A stretch of DNA of 62,636 nt, filler included, from Candidatus Woesearchaeota archaeon (GCA_003695265.1; 6 parts of 6 records of this genome joined end to end with filler, not necessarily neighbours in it); one strand, 5' to 3'. Positions 49,552-59,705 are shown, counted from the whole stretch's first letter. Notes: generated from the letters alone by a model not told the origin. Numbers and translations: made by a program.

Positions 49552-50732
49552 TTGAAAACCTCTTTGACCTTTTTAATGGCGGCAACTGCCTTGTCTATGT
49601 CTTCTTTTGTGTTGTACAAGTATATTGAGATTCTGCAAACGCTGCTCTCTTTCAAGACGCTTTTGATGAAAGGCATGGCGCATAGATGGCCCGTCCTTAT
49701 CGCAACATTGCACCTGCTCATTATTGTGGAAACGTCATGTGGGTGAACTCCTTTTATGTTAAAGCTTATTATTCCGCTGTCTCCGTTGCTGTAGATTTTG
49801 ATTCCTTCAATTTTTTTCATCTGCTCAAGCGCGTAATCCTTTAGAGCGTCTATGTGCCTTCTTATCCTCTTGATTCCAATGTTATTTATGTAGTCGATTG
49901 CTTTTCCAAGCCCAATGGCTGATGCTATTGGTGGTGTTCCAGCCTCAAACTTCCAGGGTATGTCGTTCCATTTTGAGTCCTTAAAGCTTACTTCTGAAAT
50001 CATGTCCCCGCCGTAAAGGAAAGGGCTTATTCTTGCCAATAATTCTTTTTTCCCGTAAAGCACGCCGACACCTGTTGGGCCTAGCATTTTGTGGCCGGAG
50101 AAAGCAAGGAAGTCTACGTCATCATCCTTGACATTAATTCCTAAATGCGGGACGCCTTGCGCCCCGTCAACGACTAACAAGGCGTTTTTATTGTGGGTAA
50201 TCCTGCTTATTTCCTTTAAGTCGTTTATTCCGCCTGTGACGTTGCTCATCTGGGTGACAGAGACTATTTTGGCGTCTGAGTTTCTTAACAACTCTTTCAA
50301 GTGCTCAGTATTTACCCTGCCGTTCTGTGTCTTTGCGTAGCTTGCTTTTCCGAGCTGCTGCCATGGAACCAGGTTGCTGTGGTGCTCTAACTCGCTGAGA
50401 ATCACTTTTCTTCCGAAGTCTCTTGTTAGTGAGTAAGCGAGCAGGTTTAAGGATTCTGTCGTGCTCTTGGTGAATATTATTTCTTCAGGCTCAGCGTTTA
50501 TGAAATCAGCTATTTTCCTGCGAGCCTCCTCATATTCAAGCGTTGCTTTTTCGCCGAGCTTGTGGATTGCCCTGTGAACGTTAGCATTGTAGTTTAGGTA
50601 ATATTCCTTTATTGCTTCAACAACTGGTTTTGGCGTCAGGCTTGTCGCTCCGCTGTCTAAGTAAGCCGTGTTTTTTAGGACTGGAAAATCCTTTCTTATC
50701 TTCTCAATATCAAATTCTTGTTTTTTCTTCAT
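49548..50732 (-). CDS. sufS: Cysteine desulfurase, SufS type
   Basis: YLDSGAT, ANVHR, EHHSN, SGHKM, RTGHLC. Confidence 0.93.
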   Translation of the reverse strand: MKKKQEFDIEKIRKDFPVLKNTAYLDSGATSLTPKPVVEAIKEYYLNYNANVHRAIHKLGEKATLEYEEARRKIADFINAEPEEIIFTKSTTESLNLLAYSLTRDFGRKVILSELEHHSNLVPWQQLGKASYAKTQNGRVNTEHLKELLRNSDAKIVSVTQMSNVTGGINDLKEISRITHNKNALLVVDGAQGVPHLGINVKDDDVDFLAFSGHKMLGPTGVGVLYGKKELLARISPFLYGGDMISEVSFKDSKWNDIPWKFEAGTPPIASAIGLGKAIDYINNIGIKRIRRHIDALKDYALEQMKKIEGIKIYSNGDSGIISFNIKGVHPHDVSTIMSRCNVAIRTGHLCAMPFIKSVLKESSVCRISIYLYNTKEDIDKAVAAIKKVKEVFK

Positions 50733-51571
50733 TTCCATTTCTCAGCAATAGTTTTCTTCACGCTTTCTTTAAGGCTAGTGTTGCTGAGTTTCTCGATAAA
50801 CGGGCTGAAGAACCCTTCTATTATTAGTTTTTTTGCTGTTTTTTCGTCCAAGCCGCGGCTTTTCATGTAAAACAGCTTTTCCTCATCAACCTGGCTTATG
50901 GTGGCTCCGTGACTGCAAGCAACATCATTGTTCTCAATCTCAAGATTTGGAACCGCCTCAACTGCTGCGTCTTCGCTGAGGAGTATTGTGTCAGATTTTT
51001 GGTAGCCTTCGCAGCCAACAGCATTTGGGTTTATCCTTATAAGGCCTGTGTGAAAAGCCCTGCTTTTGCCGTTCAGGACGATTTTGGCTAAGATGTCGCT
51101 CTTGCTTTTATCGGCTTTGTGGATTACCTCGTTGTTAATCTTAAAAACGCTTTTTCCGCTGCCGAAAACTATGCTGAAGCTGCTGCAATTGCTTCCTTTT
51201 CCCTTAAGGATTGTTTTAGTTTCAGAATTTGTTTTTGCCTCGCACAAATAGCAGTTTAGCCAGTTCAGCGCAGCGTTTTTACTAATTATTCCTGTCTTGT
51301 TTGAAAAGCTTTCAATCTCTTTTTTGTAGTTGTGGATTGAAATGTAATTAACCACAGAGTTTTCGCCAACGATTAATTCTATTTTTTGATTTGTGAAGCC
51401 TTTTGAAAGTTCTGTAATCCTGGCTGAGCTGTTCTTTCCCACGCTCACTTTAATGCTGCCCTTTCCCTGAAAAATTATTTTTATTTCTTCTTTGGAATTG
51501 TCAGGAATTCCGAGCAAATAATCGTTTCCTGTGTTTTCAACACGCACTCTGTCGCTGGAAATTATGTTCAT
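50729..51571 (-). CDS. sufD: SufD-like protein
   Basis: PNLEIENNDV.CSHGAT..LFYMKSRG; between sufB and sufS. Confidence 0.88.
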   Translation of the reverse strand: MNIISSDRVRVENTGNDYLLGIPDNSKEEIKIIFQGKGSIKVSVGKNSSARITELSKGFTNQKIELIVGENSVVNYISIHNYKKEIESFSNKTGIISKNAALNWLNCYLCEAKTNSETKTILKGKGSNCSSFSIVFGSGKSVFKINNEVIHKADKSKSDILAKIVLNGKSRAFHTGLIRINPNAVGCEGYQKSDTILLSEDAAVEAVPNLEIENNDVACSHGATISQVDEEKLFYMKSRGLDEKTAKKLIIEGFFSPFIEKLSNTSLKESVKKTIAEKWK

Positions 51572-52974
51572 CCTACAGTGCCCTCCATTTCCAGCTCGAT
51601 TAGCTTGTTAAGCTCAACAGCGTACTCTAACGGCAGCTGCTTAACTATCGGCTCTATGAAGCCGCTGACAACCATTTGAATTGCCTGCTCCTCGCTAAGC
51701 CCCCTCGACATTAAGTAAAATATTTCGTCTTCACCTATTTTTCCAACTTTTGCTTCGTGCCCAACATCGACTTTGTTAGTGTTTATTCTCATAATCGGAA
51801 AAGTGTTTGAAACGCTTTTTTTGTCAAGTAGGAGTGCGTCGCATACTACGCTGCACTTGCTGTTCTTCGCATTCTTTGTTATCTTAACCAATCCTCTGTA
51901 AGTTGAGATTCCTCCGTCTTTGCTTATACTTTTTGCCTTTATCGTGGAAGTTGTGTTTGGAGCGACATGAATAACTTTGCTTCCTGTGTCCTGGTTTTGG
52001 CCGCGGCCTGCAAAAGCTATTCCCAACGAGTCTGACCTTGCGCCTTCTCCAACCAACACGCTGCACGGGTAGAGCATAGTGCATCCTGAGCCCATATTTC
52101 CATTAACCCATTCTATAGTGCCGTTTTCTTCAACAATAGCCCTTTTTGTGTTAAGGTTGAAAGTGTTTTTGCTCCAGTTCTCAACGCTTGAGTACCTTAC
52201 CCTAGCATTTTTGTGGACGAAGATTTCGACACAGCCGGCATGCAATGCGCTTTCCTCGTACTGCGGCGCTGAGCAGCCTTCTACGTAATGAACCTCGCTT
52301 CCCTCATCAGCTATTATTAGTGTGTGCTCAAACTGACCTCCTCTTTGGTAATTCATCCTGAAATAAGCTTGTAGGGGCACTCTCACTTTGACATTCTTTG
52401 GTACATAAATGAAAGTGCCGCCGCTCCACACAGCAGCATGCAACATTATGAACTTGTGGTCTGTTACAGGAATGCATTTTGTCATGAAGTATTTCTTCAC
52501 AAGCTCGGGGTATTTTTGGACTGCTGTGTCCATGTTCTCAAATATTATGCCTTGATTTTCCCATTCCTTCTTCAAGTTGTGGTATGCCATGTCAGAATCA
52601 AACTGAAAGCCTGCTCCACTCAAGCTCCTTTTTTCTGCTTCTGGTATTCCAATCCTCTCGGCAGTTTTTCTTATTTCCTCGGGCAAATCTTCCCATCTTT
52701 TTGACTCTTTTGTTCCAGGCTTGACGTAATAATGGATTTTGTTAAGGTCTAGTTTTTCCTTTACCTCTTTAGGCCCCCATGATGGCAGTGGTGTTTTGTT
52801 GAACCAATTCAGGCCTTGCAGCCTTTTCTTAAGCATCCATTCCGGCTCATTCTTGTCCTTAGAGATAAATCTTACTAATTCCTCAGTTAGCCCCGGCTTT
52901 GCAACGTACTTGTTTTTGATAATTGCTGCATCGTCGTATCTGCTCCTGTCAATCTTGAAGCTTTTCATCCCCAT
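51568..52974 (-). CDS. sufB: Fe-S assembly protein SufB
   Basis: WSGGTFIY, QFEHTLI, EGCSAP, QDTG, FYLMSRG, EMEG. Confidence 0.95.
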   Translation of the reverse strand: MGMKSFKIDRSRYDDAAIIKNKYVAKPGLTEELVRFISKDKNEPEWMLKKRLQGLNWFNKTPLPSWGPKEVKEKLDLNKIHYYVKPGTKESKRWEDLPEEIRKTAERIGIPEAEKRSLSGAGFQFDSDMAYHNLKKEWENQGIIFENMDTAVQKYPELVKKYFMTKCIPVTDHKFIMLHAAVWSGGTFIYVPKNVKVRVPLQAYFRMNYQRGGQFEHTLIIADEGSEVHYVEGCSAPQYEESALHAGCVEIFVHKNARVRYSSVENWSKNTFNLNTKRAIVEENGTIEWVNGNMGSGCTMLYPCSVLVGEGARSDSLGIAFAGRGQNQDTGSKVIHVAPNTTSTIKAKSISKDGGISTYRGLVKITKNAKNSKCSVVCDALLLDKKSVSNTFPIMRINTNKVDVGHEAKVGKIGEDEIFYLMSRGLSEEQAIQMVVSGFIEPIVKQLPLEYAVELNKLIELEMEGTVG

Positions 52975-53356
52975 GTTTTCTTCCTCCAAAACACTTGATC
53001 AGCTCAGGGCAGCATTCTTTTGGAATGTCTGAGAACTGCTTGTGCAATTTACACATGATTTTTGTGTTTCTTATGATTCTTAACAGCCGCTGCATTTCCC
53101 TCAAATAAGATAATTTGTCCTTAATCAGACTGGCTGATTTTTTGATTTCTTTTTGGATTGAGTCATCAAAACTGATTTTGTTACCTCTTTTTCCGCTCAG
53201 GTACTGGCTGACAGCAGCCTTGTCAATTGAGAAAAGCTCGGCTATTTCTTTCTGCTTCATGCCATTGTTTTTCATATTAATAGCAAGATTCCTTCTTAAA
53301 GCAGGCATTATGTAATATACTTCTATTTCTTGTGGCTGCAGTAATATTGAACCCAT
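52949..53356 (-). CDS. HTH transcriptional regulator heading the SUF operon, Cys-rich tail
   Basis: PQEIEV..PALR, QKEIAELF..AAVSQYLSGKRG; CKLH..CC..C. Confidence 0.82.
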   Translation of the reverse strand: MGSILLQPQEIEVYYIMPALRRNLAINMKNNGMKQKEIAELFSIDKAAVSQYLSGKRGNKISFDDSIQKEIKKSASLIKDKLSYLREMQRLLRIIRNTKIMCKLHKQFSDIPKECCPELIKCFGGRKHGDEKLQD

Positions 53357-53363
53357 AAAAAAG

Positions 53364-53377
53364 TTAACTATAGTTAA
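53364..53377. promoter_or_regulatory. Perfect palindrome TTAACTATAGTTAA, candidate SUF operator
   Basis: Sits between the minus-strand TATA element (about 53379-53386) and the ATG at 53356. Confidence 0.55.
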
Positions 53378-53401
53378 GTATATAAATATTTTGGTAAAGA
53401 A

Positions 53402-53501
53402 NNNNNNNNNNNNNNNNNNNNNNNNNNNNNNNNNNNNNNNNNNNNTTAATTAATTAANNNNNNNNNNNNNNNNNNNNNNNNNNNNNNNNNNNNNNNNNNN
53501 N
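53402..53501. other. Artificial contig spacer
   Basis: N44-TTAATTAATTAA-N44. Confidence 0.97.
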
Positions 53502-53642
53502 GTTATATGTTATCATTAAGGCTTTCTTTGCTTTAAACTTTTTCATGAAGTAAAAGTTTTTCAACAAATTTGCAGGATTCTCGGAACGCTTCTGATTTTT
53601 TCTCGGCAACTTATTTTAATTGGAAAACTATTATTATTAACG

Positions 53643-54038
53643 ATGAGTGAGAAATATACATGCACTTTAGACATATGGGTTCCAGAAGGAAATCCAAGCA
53701 AACTTGTAATGCAAATAACCCCAGATTGCCTGCAAGGAACCTTTAGCGACTTGGCATTTCATCTTTTAGAACAGCCTTTGGAAAAAAAATATTCAGGAGA
53801 ACAATTAAAAAAAGCAAGATTGCTTCGGGAATTATTTTGTCATAATGATCCTTATTGCACAGAAATAAGTTTTTTTTCATATTTGGATCATAATAATGAT
53901 TTTACAGGTCCTTTTTTCATGGAAGACAGCATTGCTGATAATCTTGATAGAATCGTAAGAAAAACTACTGGAAATAGTTGTGGTTATGACACTAATAATA
54001 GGATTGATTTAATTATTTTTTTTAGGGAGATGTTCTAA
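53643..54038 (+). CDS. Hypothetical protein
   Basis: 131-aa AT-rich ORF, no motif recognised. Confidence 0.5.
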   Translation: MSEKYTCTLDIWVPEGNPSKLVMQITPDCLQGTFSDLAFHLLEQPLEKKYSGEQLKKARLLRELFCHNDPYCTEISFFSYLDHNNDFTGPFFMEDSIADNLDRIVRKTTGNSCGYDTNNRIDLIIFFREMF

Positions 54039-54768
54039 AATATGACACTCCTGTTCTTTCACGAACTCCAATCCAAAAGTATTTTATTGCATCAAAACAC
54101 TTCTCACAAACACTCAATATCGGAGCTGATTTCAAAGTATTGCATAACTTAACATTAGCATAACCTTTTGTTTGAGCTAATGGATCGTCATGGTGCCAAG
54201 GATTGCCAAGCAAATGGTTTGCCTCATGCTTCGCAATATTCTTTATGTATCCTAAATATTGCTGCCTGTTTCCTTGCAATGTTATTATCACGTGCCCAGT
54301 CCTAAAATTTGAGTTTCCCCAATAATACTCTGTGGGGTCATTAAAGAAACCCCTATCAACCAAAACAACATCAGCATGAGGGCTGCCGCCCTTCTCAGGA
54401 TCACGGTAATCCTCATTGCCCAAAATATTAGCCAGTGTCTTAGGATTAACAAGCCCATTCTCCAAAGACATTTCAACTTGCCTGATTACTGAGTCATGAA
54501 TTCCGCAGTCAAAAACAGAAATATCCAGCCCAACCTCCCTTATTAACTCTTCAATCCCTTCCTTAACATAAGGAACAACTATAGGATTTATTGAGGGCAT
54601 CCTGTAAATCCTAATTTCTCTGTCATAAAACCACTTAATGCTTGGTTCAGCAGACTGGCTTGAAAACATAAACCCCTGTTTCCGCCAGGAATCCTCCCAC
54701 TTTCTCCTGCTTTTCTTTCTTTCTAATTCTTCCCTTAACAATCTCCTAAGCTTATTGTTTGAGCCCAC
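54022..54768 (-). CDS. Zinc metallopeptidase, archaemetzincin-like
   Basis: HEANHLLGNPWHH followed by C..CEKC. Confidence 0.65.
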   Translation of the reverse strand: MGSNNKLRRLLREELERKKSRRKWEDSWRKQGFMFSSQSAEPSIKWFYDREIRIYRMPSINPIVVPYVKEGIEELIREVGLDISVFDCGIHDSVIRQVEMSLENGLVNPKTLANILGNEDYRDPEKGGSPHADVVLVDRGFFNDPTEYYWGNSNFRTGHVIITLQGNRQQYLGYIKNIAKHEANHLLGNPWHHDDPLAQTKGYANVKLCNTLKSAPILSVCEKCFDAIKYFWIGVRERTGVSYFRTSP

Positions 54769-54876
54769 ACCAAAATTTAAGTATTAATACCTATAAAAGC
54801 ATTTTGGCTTCTGCTATGCGTACATAAAAAAATAATCTTTAGAAAACCAAAGAAGAAAAAAATAAAAAAATTTTTT

Positions 54877-55596
54877 TTATTTTATTAGTATCATTTTTTT
54901 TGGTTTTGTTGCTTTTCCGTTGGCGATCATTCTGTACAGGTAGACTCCTGAGCTTACTGGCTGGCCTTGGTTGTTTGTGCCGTCCCAGTTAACTTGGTAT
55001 GTTCCTGGGCTTAATTCACTTTCGATGAGGTTTTTTACTAGTCTTCCTGTTGCGTCGTAAACGTCAATTCTTACGAGTGCTGGCTTGTCTAGGCTGTATT
55101 TTATGCTTGTGTTCGGGTTGAATGGGTTTGGCGTGTTTTGTGCTAGCCTGAACCATGTTGGGAGTGGCGTGTCAGGCACTCCTGTTGTTGTTAGGATTGC
55201 GTTCAGTGAGTCTACTGTTGCTTGGTACAAAGTTGCTGAGTCTGGCGCGCTTGGCATGTTTATGTAGGTGAAGAATAGCAGCATTCCGTCAAACTGTTCT
55301 TTTATGTCTGCGCTGTTTTCTGGTGTTGCTGTGCTGTCTGCCATGTAGTCTACTCCGATGTCTGTGAATGGAAGTGTTATTGTTGCTAGTGAGTCGTTGG
55401 AGTATGATGTGAATCTCCATCTGTTTCCGAAGAAGTCTCCTTCATGATTAAACAGTGCGTTGCCTAGCACGTCTACTACTGCTTGGTGTACTATTTGTTC
55501 TCCTGTCTGCCTGTCGACTTGTGCGTTCGCGTATTTTGGGCTTAGCAAAGCGATTAGTCCTGCCAAGCCTGCTGCGATCATGGTTTTTTTTCTCAT
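54877..55596 (-). CDS. Secreted protein with FlgD-Ig/T9SS type-A-like C-terminal domain
   Basis: Signal peptide ending ANA; LAQNTPNPFNPNTSIKY..IDVYDATGRLVK..WDG..SSGVYLY..KKMILIK. Confidence 0.82.
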   Translation of the reverse strand: MRKKTMIAAGLAGLIALLSPKYANAQVDRQTGEQIVHQAVVDVLGNALFNHEGDFFGNRWRFTSYSNDSLATITLPFTDIGVDYMADSTATPENSADIKEQFDGMLLFFTYINMPSAPDSATLYQATVDSLNAILTTTGVPDTPLPTWFRLAQNTPNPFNPNTSIKYSLDKPALVRIDVYDATGRLVKNLIESELSPGTYQVNWDGTNNQGQPVSSGVYLYRMIANGKATKPKKMILIK

Positions 55597-55607
55597 GCTC
55601 TCACCTT

Positions 55608-57398
55608 TTATGTGATTGTTATTGTTATTGTTTTGTTGTTGTTGGTTTCGTTTATTTCGCTTATTGTTGTTGTGTAGTCTGTGCTTGCTGTGATGTTGTG
55701 TGTTCCTGCGCTGCTGAATGTGAGGCTGTCTATTACTGTGAATGTGTCTTGGCCTTTTATTGTGAAAGGCTGCGAACTAGTCTTTATGTTACTACCTGAC
55801 TCTAATTTCCAATTAACATTGGTTATGTTGACGAAGCCGTTGTTTCTTATGTTGAATCTGAAGTATACTGGCTCGCCAACAACAGGATTGTCTGGGTAGA
55901 TTTTTACTAAGTCTGTGACTTCCAGGTCGTAATGCAAGGCGTTGTTAGCGTTAAGCCTTCCGCCAATAGGCTGATCAGTGCTAATTGGGTCTGCTGAGTT
56001 TATTAGGATGTCATAAACTTCCTGGTTCGTCAAAGAAGGGTTGTAAGATAAGAGCAAACCAGCAACACCAGAAACAAAAGGAGCAGAGGCTGAGGTACCA
56101 CTACAATAATTATACCCATTAAGAGTTCCAGGACACAACCCATCTGGGCTAATTGCTGTTGTATAAATGTCTGCTGCTGCGGCAGATATATCAACCCAAG
56201 AACCATAATTTGATCCTATTGTACCACTAAACACCCATCTTTCATCACTCGCATTTGTTCCACCCACAGATATCACACTATCCAAAGCTGCAGGATATTT
56301 TGGGCTGTTACCATTCTCATTTCCTGCAGAAGCAACAAAAATAATATTATTATTTTGATAATAATTTGTTATTGTATCATTCATACCAGAAGAAAATACC
56401 CCACCAAAACTCATGCTCACAATGCTTGCTCCATTATTCACAGCATAATCAATAGCAGGTATTATTGCTCCTTCGCTACAACCGACTTTTCCATCATTTT
56501 GTTTGATACATGCTTTTAGTGGCATTATCTCACAATTAGGACAAACACCAGCCATTCCTTGAGTATCAACAAAAGTTTGTGCTCCTGCAATAGCAGCTAC
56601 TGCTGTTCCATGGCCATCAACGTCATTTGGGTCATTATCTGGTGTTGAGTCACAATCTTCTGTTGGCCAACATAGGGGTGGTGGAAAAAGAATAAAATCC
56701 CAACCCCTAACATCATCAATGTAACCATTACCATCTGTATCAGTTCCATCAATTATTTCATCACTATTACTCCAAATTTTATTTACTAAATCAATATGTG
56801 TCCAATTAACACCACTGTCAATAACAGCGATCACAACATTAGAACTTCCTTGTGTTAGGTCCCATGCTTCCGGAGCGTCAATATCAGCATCGTATATGCC
56901 TTGATCAGTTGGTGGTTTATAAATTTGTCCTGTGTTATGAAGTTCATATTGCCTCCAAAAATCTTCATCGTTAGGAACAGCATCTCCATAATAAATATAA
57001 TCAGGCTCAGCATACTCAACATTAATACTCTTCTTTATTCTCTCAACTTCTTTGAGAACATTAATATTTCTTGGGATTTTTACTAAATATATCCTATCAA
57101 GCCCAAATTTTTTACTTTCTGAATTAGGAATTAATTGAATCATCTTAATATTATTCTCTTTTGCTAAACTGAATTCTGAGATTTTAGAAATAGCTTCCTT
57201 ATTGTTATATGATGATTTGAACTTAACAATATACTGTCCAGGCACGTAGTCAACTCCTGCTATGAGTTGTGGTTTTTGTGGTATTTTCTTTTTTGTTTTT
57301 TTTGGTATTTTCAGCATTCCTATGTTTTCTTTTGCTGCTGCAACAACACCAACGATTAGTAAGAGCACTAGCGCGCTTATAATGATTTTTTTGCTCAT
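55608..57398 (-). CDS. Secreted S8 subtilisin-like protease with propeptide and CARDB-like C-terminus
   Basis: VAVIDSG-type Asp motif (IAVIDSG), DGHGT, SAGN, SGTSASAPFVSG; EINETNN. Confidence 0.92.
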   Translation of the reverse strand: MSKKIIISALVLLLIVGVVAAAKENIGMLKIPKKTKKKIPQKPQLIAGVDYVPGQYIVKFKSSYNNKEAISKISEFSLAKENNIKMIQLIPNSESKKFGLDRIYLVKIPRNINVLKEVERIKKSINVEYAEPDYIYYGDAVPNDEDFWRQYELHNTGQIYKPPTDQGIYDADIDAPEAWDLTQGSSNVVIAVIDSGVNWTHIDLVNKIWSNSDEIIDGTDTDGNGYIDDVRGWDFILFPPPLCWPTEDCDSTPDNDPNDVDGHGTAVAAIAGAQTFVDTQGMAGVCPNCEIMPLKACIKQNDGKVGCSEGAIIPAIDYAVNNGASIVSMSFGGVFSSGMNDTITNYYQNNNIIFVASAGNENGNSPKYPAALDSVISVGGTNASDERWVFSGTIGSNYGSWVDISAAAADIYTTAISPDGLCPGTLNGYNYCSGTSASAPFVSGVAGLLLSYNPSLTNQEVYDILINSADPISTDQPIGGRLNANNALHYDLEVTDLVKIYPDNPVVGEPVYFRFNIRNNGFVNITNVNWKLESGSNIKTSSQPFTIKGQDTFTVIDSLTFSSAGTHNITASTDYTTTISEINETNNNKTITITIT

Positions 57399-57560
57399 CT
57401 TACCACCCTTCATAATTATTTTTTTGTCACTGTTAAATTAATGCAATATTAAAATTTTTCGTTTTACGAGCAAAAACCTTGAATTCACGTTTAAGTATGC
57501 ATTTCCAAAAAATTTATATAAGCCATGCCAAATAATACTATTAAAAAAGAGGTATTATTC

Positions 57561-59687
57561 ATGAAAAAACACCAAGCAGCTGTTGAGTTCATAATCATTC
57601 TCTCAATGATTATGATAAGCTTGTTTGTTGTCCTTGTTGTTAATGATGACGTTTCAACTTCTGTTGAGGGCCAGCACCAAAGGGCTCAGGTGGAAAGCTT
57701 TCTTGACGACTTGGGAACTGCTCTTGAGCAGGCTTACCAGAGCGGCGTAGGCACTAAAACAACAGTGCTCGTTGACCTTCCTAATAACGTTCAAGAAGTT
57801 TCAATCCAAAACAACACCATCATCATCACCTTGTTGCAGGACGGCGTTCCGACTCATGTTTACAGGAATTTTGATTTTCCAATAAGCGGAAGCTTTGACA
57901 TAAACGAGGGAACACAGGAGATACCTATTGAGATAACAAGTAATGGTGTTTCTTTCGGCGAAGAAGTAACGCAAGGCGACACCACTCCGCCAGTAATCTC
58001 AAACGTTCAGCCTGAGCCAGGGCAAACAATAACAGAGCTTCCTTTCACCCTAAGCCTTAACACTGACAAAAACGCGGTCTGCAGTTACGGCATAAACGAG
58101 CTTCCAGGAGCAGTTATTTCCGACAATTTCTCCACTACTGGCGGCATTTCTCACTGGTCTAAGCTGGCCTTAGACAATGGCAATTACACTATTAGCATTT
58201 ACTGTGAGGACGAGCACGGCAACAACAATAACAAAAACCCTTACACAATAAGCTATACTGTTAACGTTTCAGACGTTATCCCACCTTTCCTATCAGACAT
58301 CCAGATTTACGGCATAACAAACGACTCAGCAGTTGTTTCATGGAAGACAGATGATTACGCGGACTCATTAGTTGAGTACGGCTTATGGAACTTCCAGACT
58401 TATGAAAAATACGACTCAGACATGGTATTAAACCATGAAATCATAATAACAGGGCTTGTTGAGAACAAAACGTACTGGTTTGACGTTACAAGCTGCAACG
58501 CAGCAGGGCTGTGCACGACAGCAGGCACATACAATTTTGAGACTTTGCCTCCTGAAACACCCCCTCAGATTCCTGAGACTCCTCAAGAAGACATCACGCC
58601 GCCTGAACTATGGTTTTTCGGCGCAAACAACTCTTACCCAAAAGTCAATGACTCAGTGCAGTTCTTCTCCTACTGGACAGACGACCTAGAGCTCGGCTCA
58701 TGGATGTTCAGCTGGACTCCTGACTGCGCTAACTGGCAAAACGATTCCTGGGTAGCTTTCGGCCAAGGCGTCACAGGAGACTGGGCGAACACCACAAAAA
58801 ACATCTCAGAGCAGTGCGCAAACAAAACAATCAGCGTGAAATTCAGAGTTAATGACAGCGCTGGCAACACAGTCGAAACAGTTACAGGAATGCTGCCAGT
58901 GCAGCCTATAGAAGAGCCCCTGCCACCACAAGAGCCTTACATTAACGTTAATTTGATAAGGCCTGAGGATATGGGTGAAGTGTATAATGGAACAATTTAC
59001 TTTTATTATAATGTTAGCTCAAATGAAGAAATCATTAATTGCACTCTTTTTGTGCGCGACTTCTATGGAGCCTTCAATGAGATTGATTATGATACAAGCG
59101 TGGAATTAGACGCAGAACAAAACATGTCTGTTGAAATTCAATACTCTGATTATTTCAGGTGGTGGGTTACATGCTACTCAAACACAATGTTTGGCAATAC
59201 AACAGAGAGATATTTTTATACAATAATTGGTTCTTTTACTGATACAACACCCCCCTCCCCAACTTCTTCCATTTTCATTAATGATTCTTCTGTTAGTGTT
59301 GGTGACAGCATTAATTTCAGCGTTAATTGGAGTGATAATATTGAGCTTGACTCTTATGTTTTCAGCTGGACTCCTAACTGTGCTAACTGGCAGAATGATT
59401 CGGCTGTTTACTTTGCTGACGGCTTGCAGAACGCTACTGCCTCAAGCGTTCACACAATTCAGGCAGGGTGCAAAGGCCAATACATTTACTTCATGTTCTT
59501 TGCAAACGACACCTCTAATAATTGGAACGACACAGGATTGTACAGCATTCAAGAAGCGTCAAGCCCTTTCATTATGAAAGGAAGCCCTTTTATCATGAAA
59601 AATGGTGATGGCAGTCCTTTTGTCTTAAAAAAAGGCACACAAACTCCTATTATTCCTCCTTGCCCACCCGACTGTGGTAATTATTAA
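57561..59687 (+). CDS. Surface protein with class III (pilin-like) signal peptide and Ig/FN3-like repeats
   Basis: MKKHQAAVEF + hydrophobic helix; repeated DxxPP linkers; FN3-like VSWKTD..VEYG..H..TGL..Y; duplicated FSWTPxCANWQNDS. Confidence 0.75.
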   Translation: MKKHQAAVEFIIILSMIMISLFVVLVVNDDVSTSVEGQHQRAQVESFLDDLGTALEQAYQSGVGTKTTVLVDLPNNVQEVSIQNNTIIITLLQDGVPTHVYRNFDFPISGSFDINEGTQEIPIEITSNGVSFGEEVTQGDTTPPVISNVQPEPGQTITELPFTLSLNTDKNAVCSYGINELPGAVISDNFSTTGGISHWSKLALDNGNYTISIYCEDEHGNNNNKNPYTISYTVNVSDVIPPFLSDIQIYGITNDSAVVSWKTDDYADSLVEYGLWNFQTYEKYDSDMVLNHEIIITGLVENKTYWFDVTSCNAAGLCTTAGTYNFETLPPETPPQIPETPQEDITPPELWFFGANNSYPKVNDSVQFFSYWTDDLELGSWMFSWTPDCANWQNDSWVAFGQGVTGDWANTTKNISEQCANKTISVKFRVNDSAGNTVETVTGMLPVQPIEEPLPPQEPYINVNLIRPEDMGEVYNGTIYFYYNVSSNEEIINCTLFVRDFYGAFNEIDYDTSVELDAEQNMSVEIQYSDYFRWWVTCYSNTMFGNTTERYFYTIIGSFTDTTPPSPTSSIFINDSSVSVGDSINFSVNWSDNIELDSYVFSWTPNCANWQNDSAVYFADGLQNATASSVHTIQAGCKGQYIYFMFFANDTSNNWNDTGLYSIQEASSPFIMKGSPFIMKNGDGSPFVLKKGTQTPIIPPCPPDCGNY

Positions 59688-59705
59688 TAAAAATGTATTT
59701 TTTTA

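Noticed and set aside
55455..55799. Cys-rich 114-aa + strand ORF
   Set aside because: Antisense shadow of Thr/Asn-rich (ACA/AAC) codons of the protease and FlgD-domain genes.
58660..59400. Repeated segment as a possible DGR template/variable repeat pair
   Set aside because: Both copies are in-frame domains of one gene, differences are not confined to adenines, and no reverse transcriptase is present.
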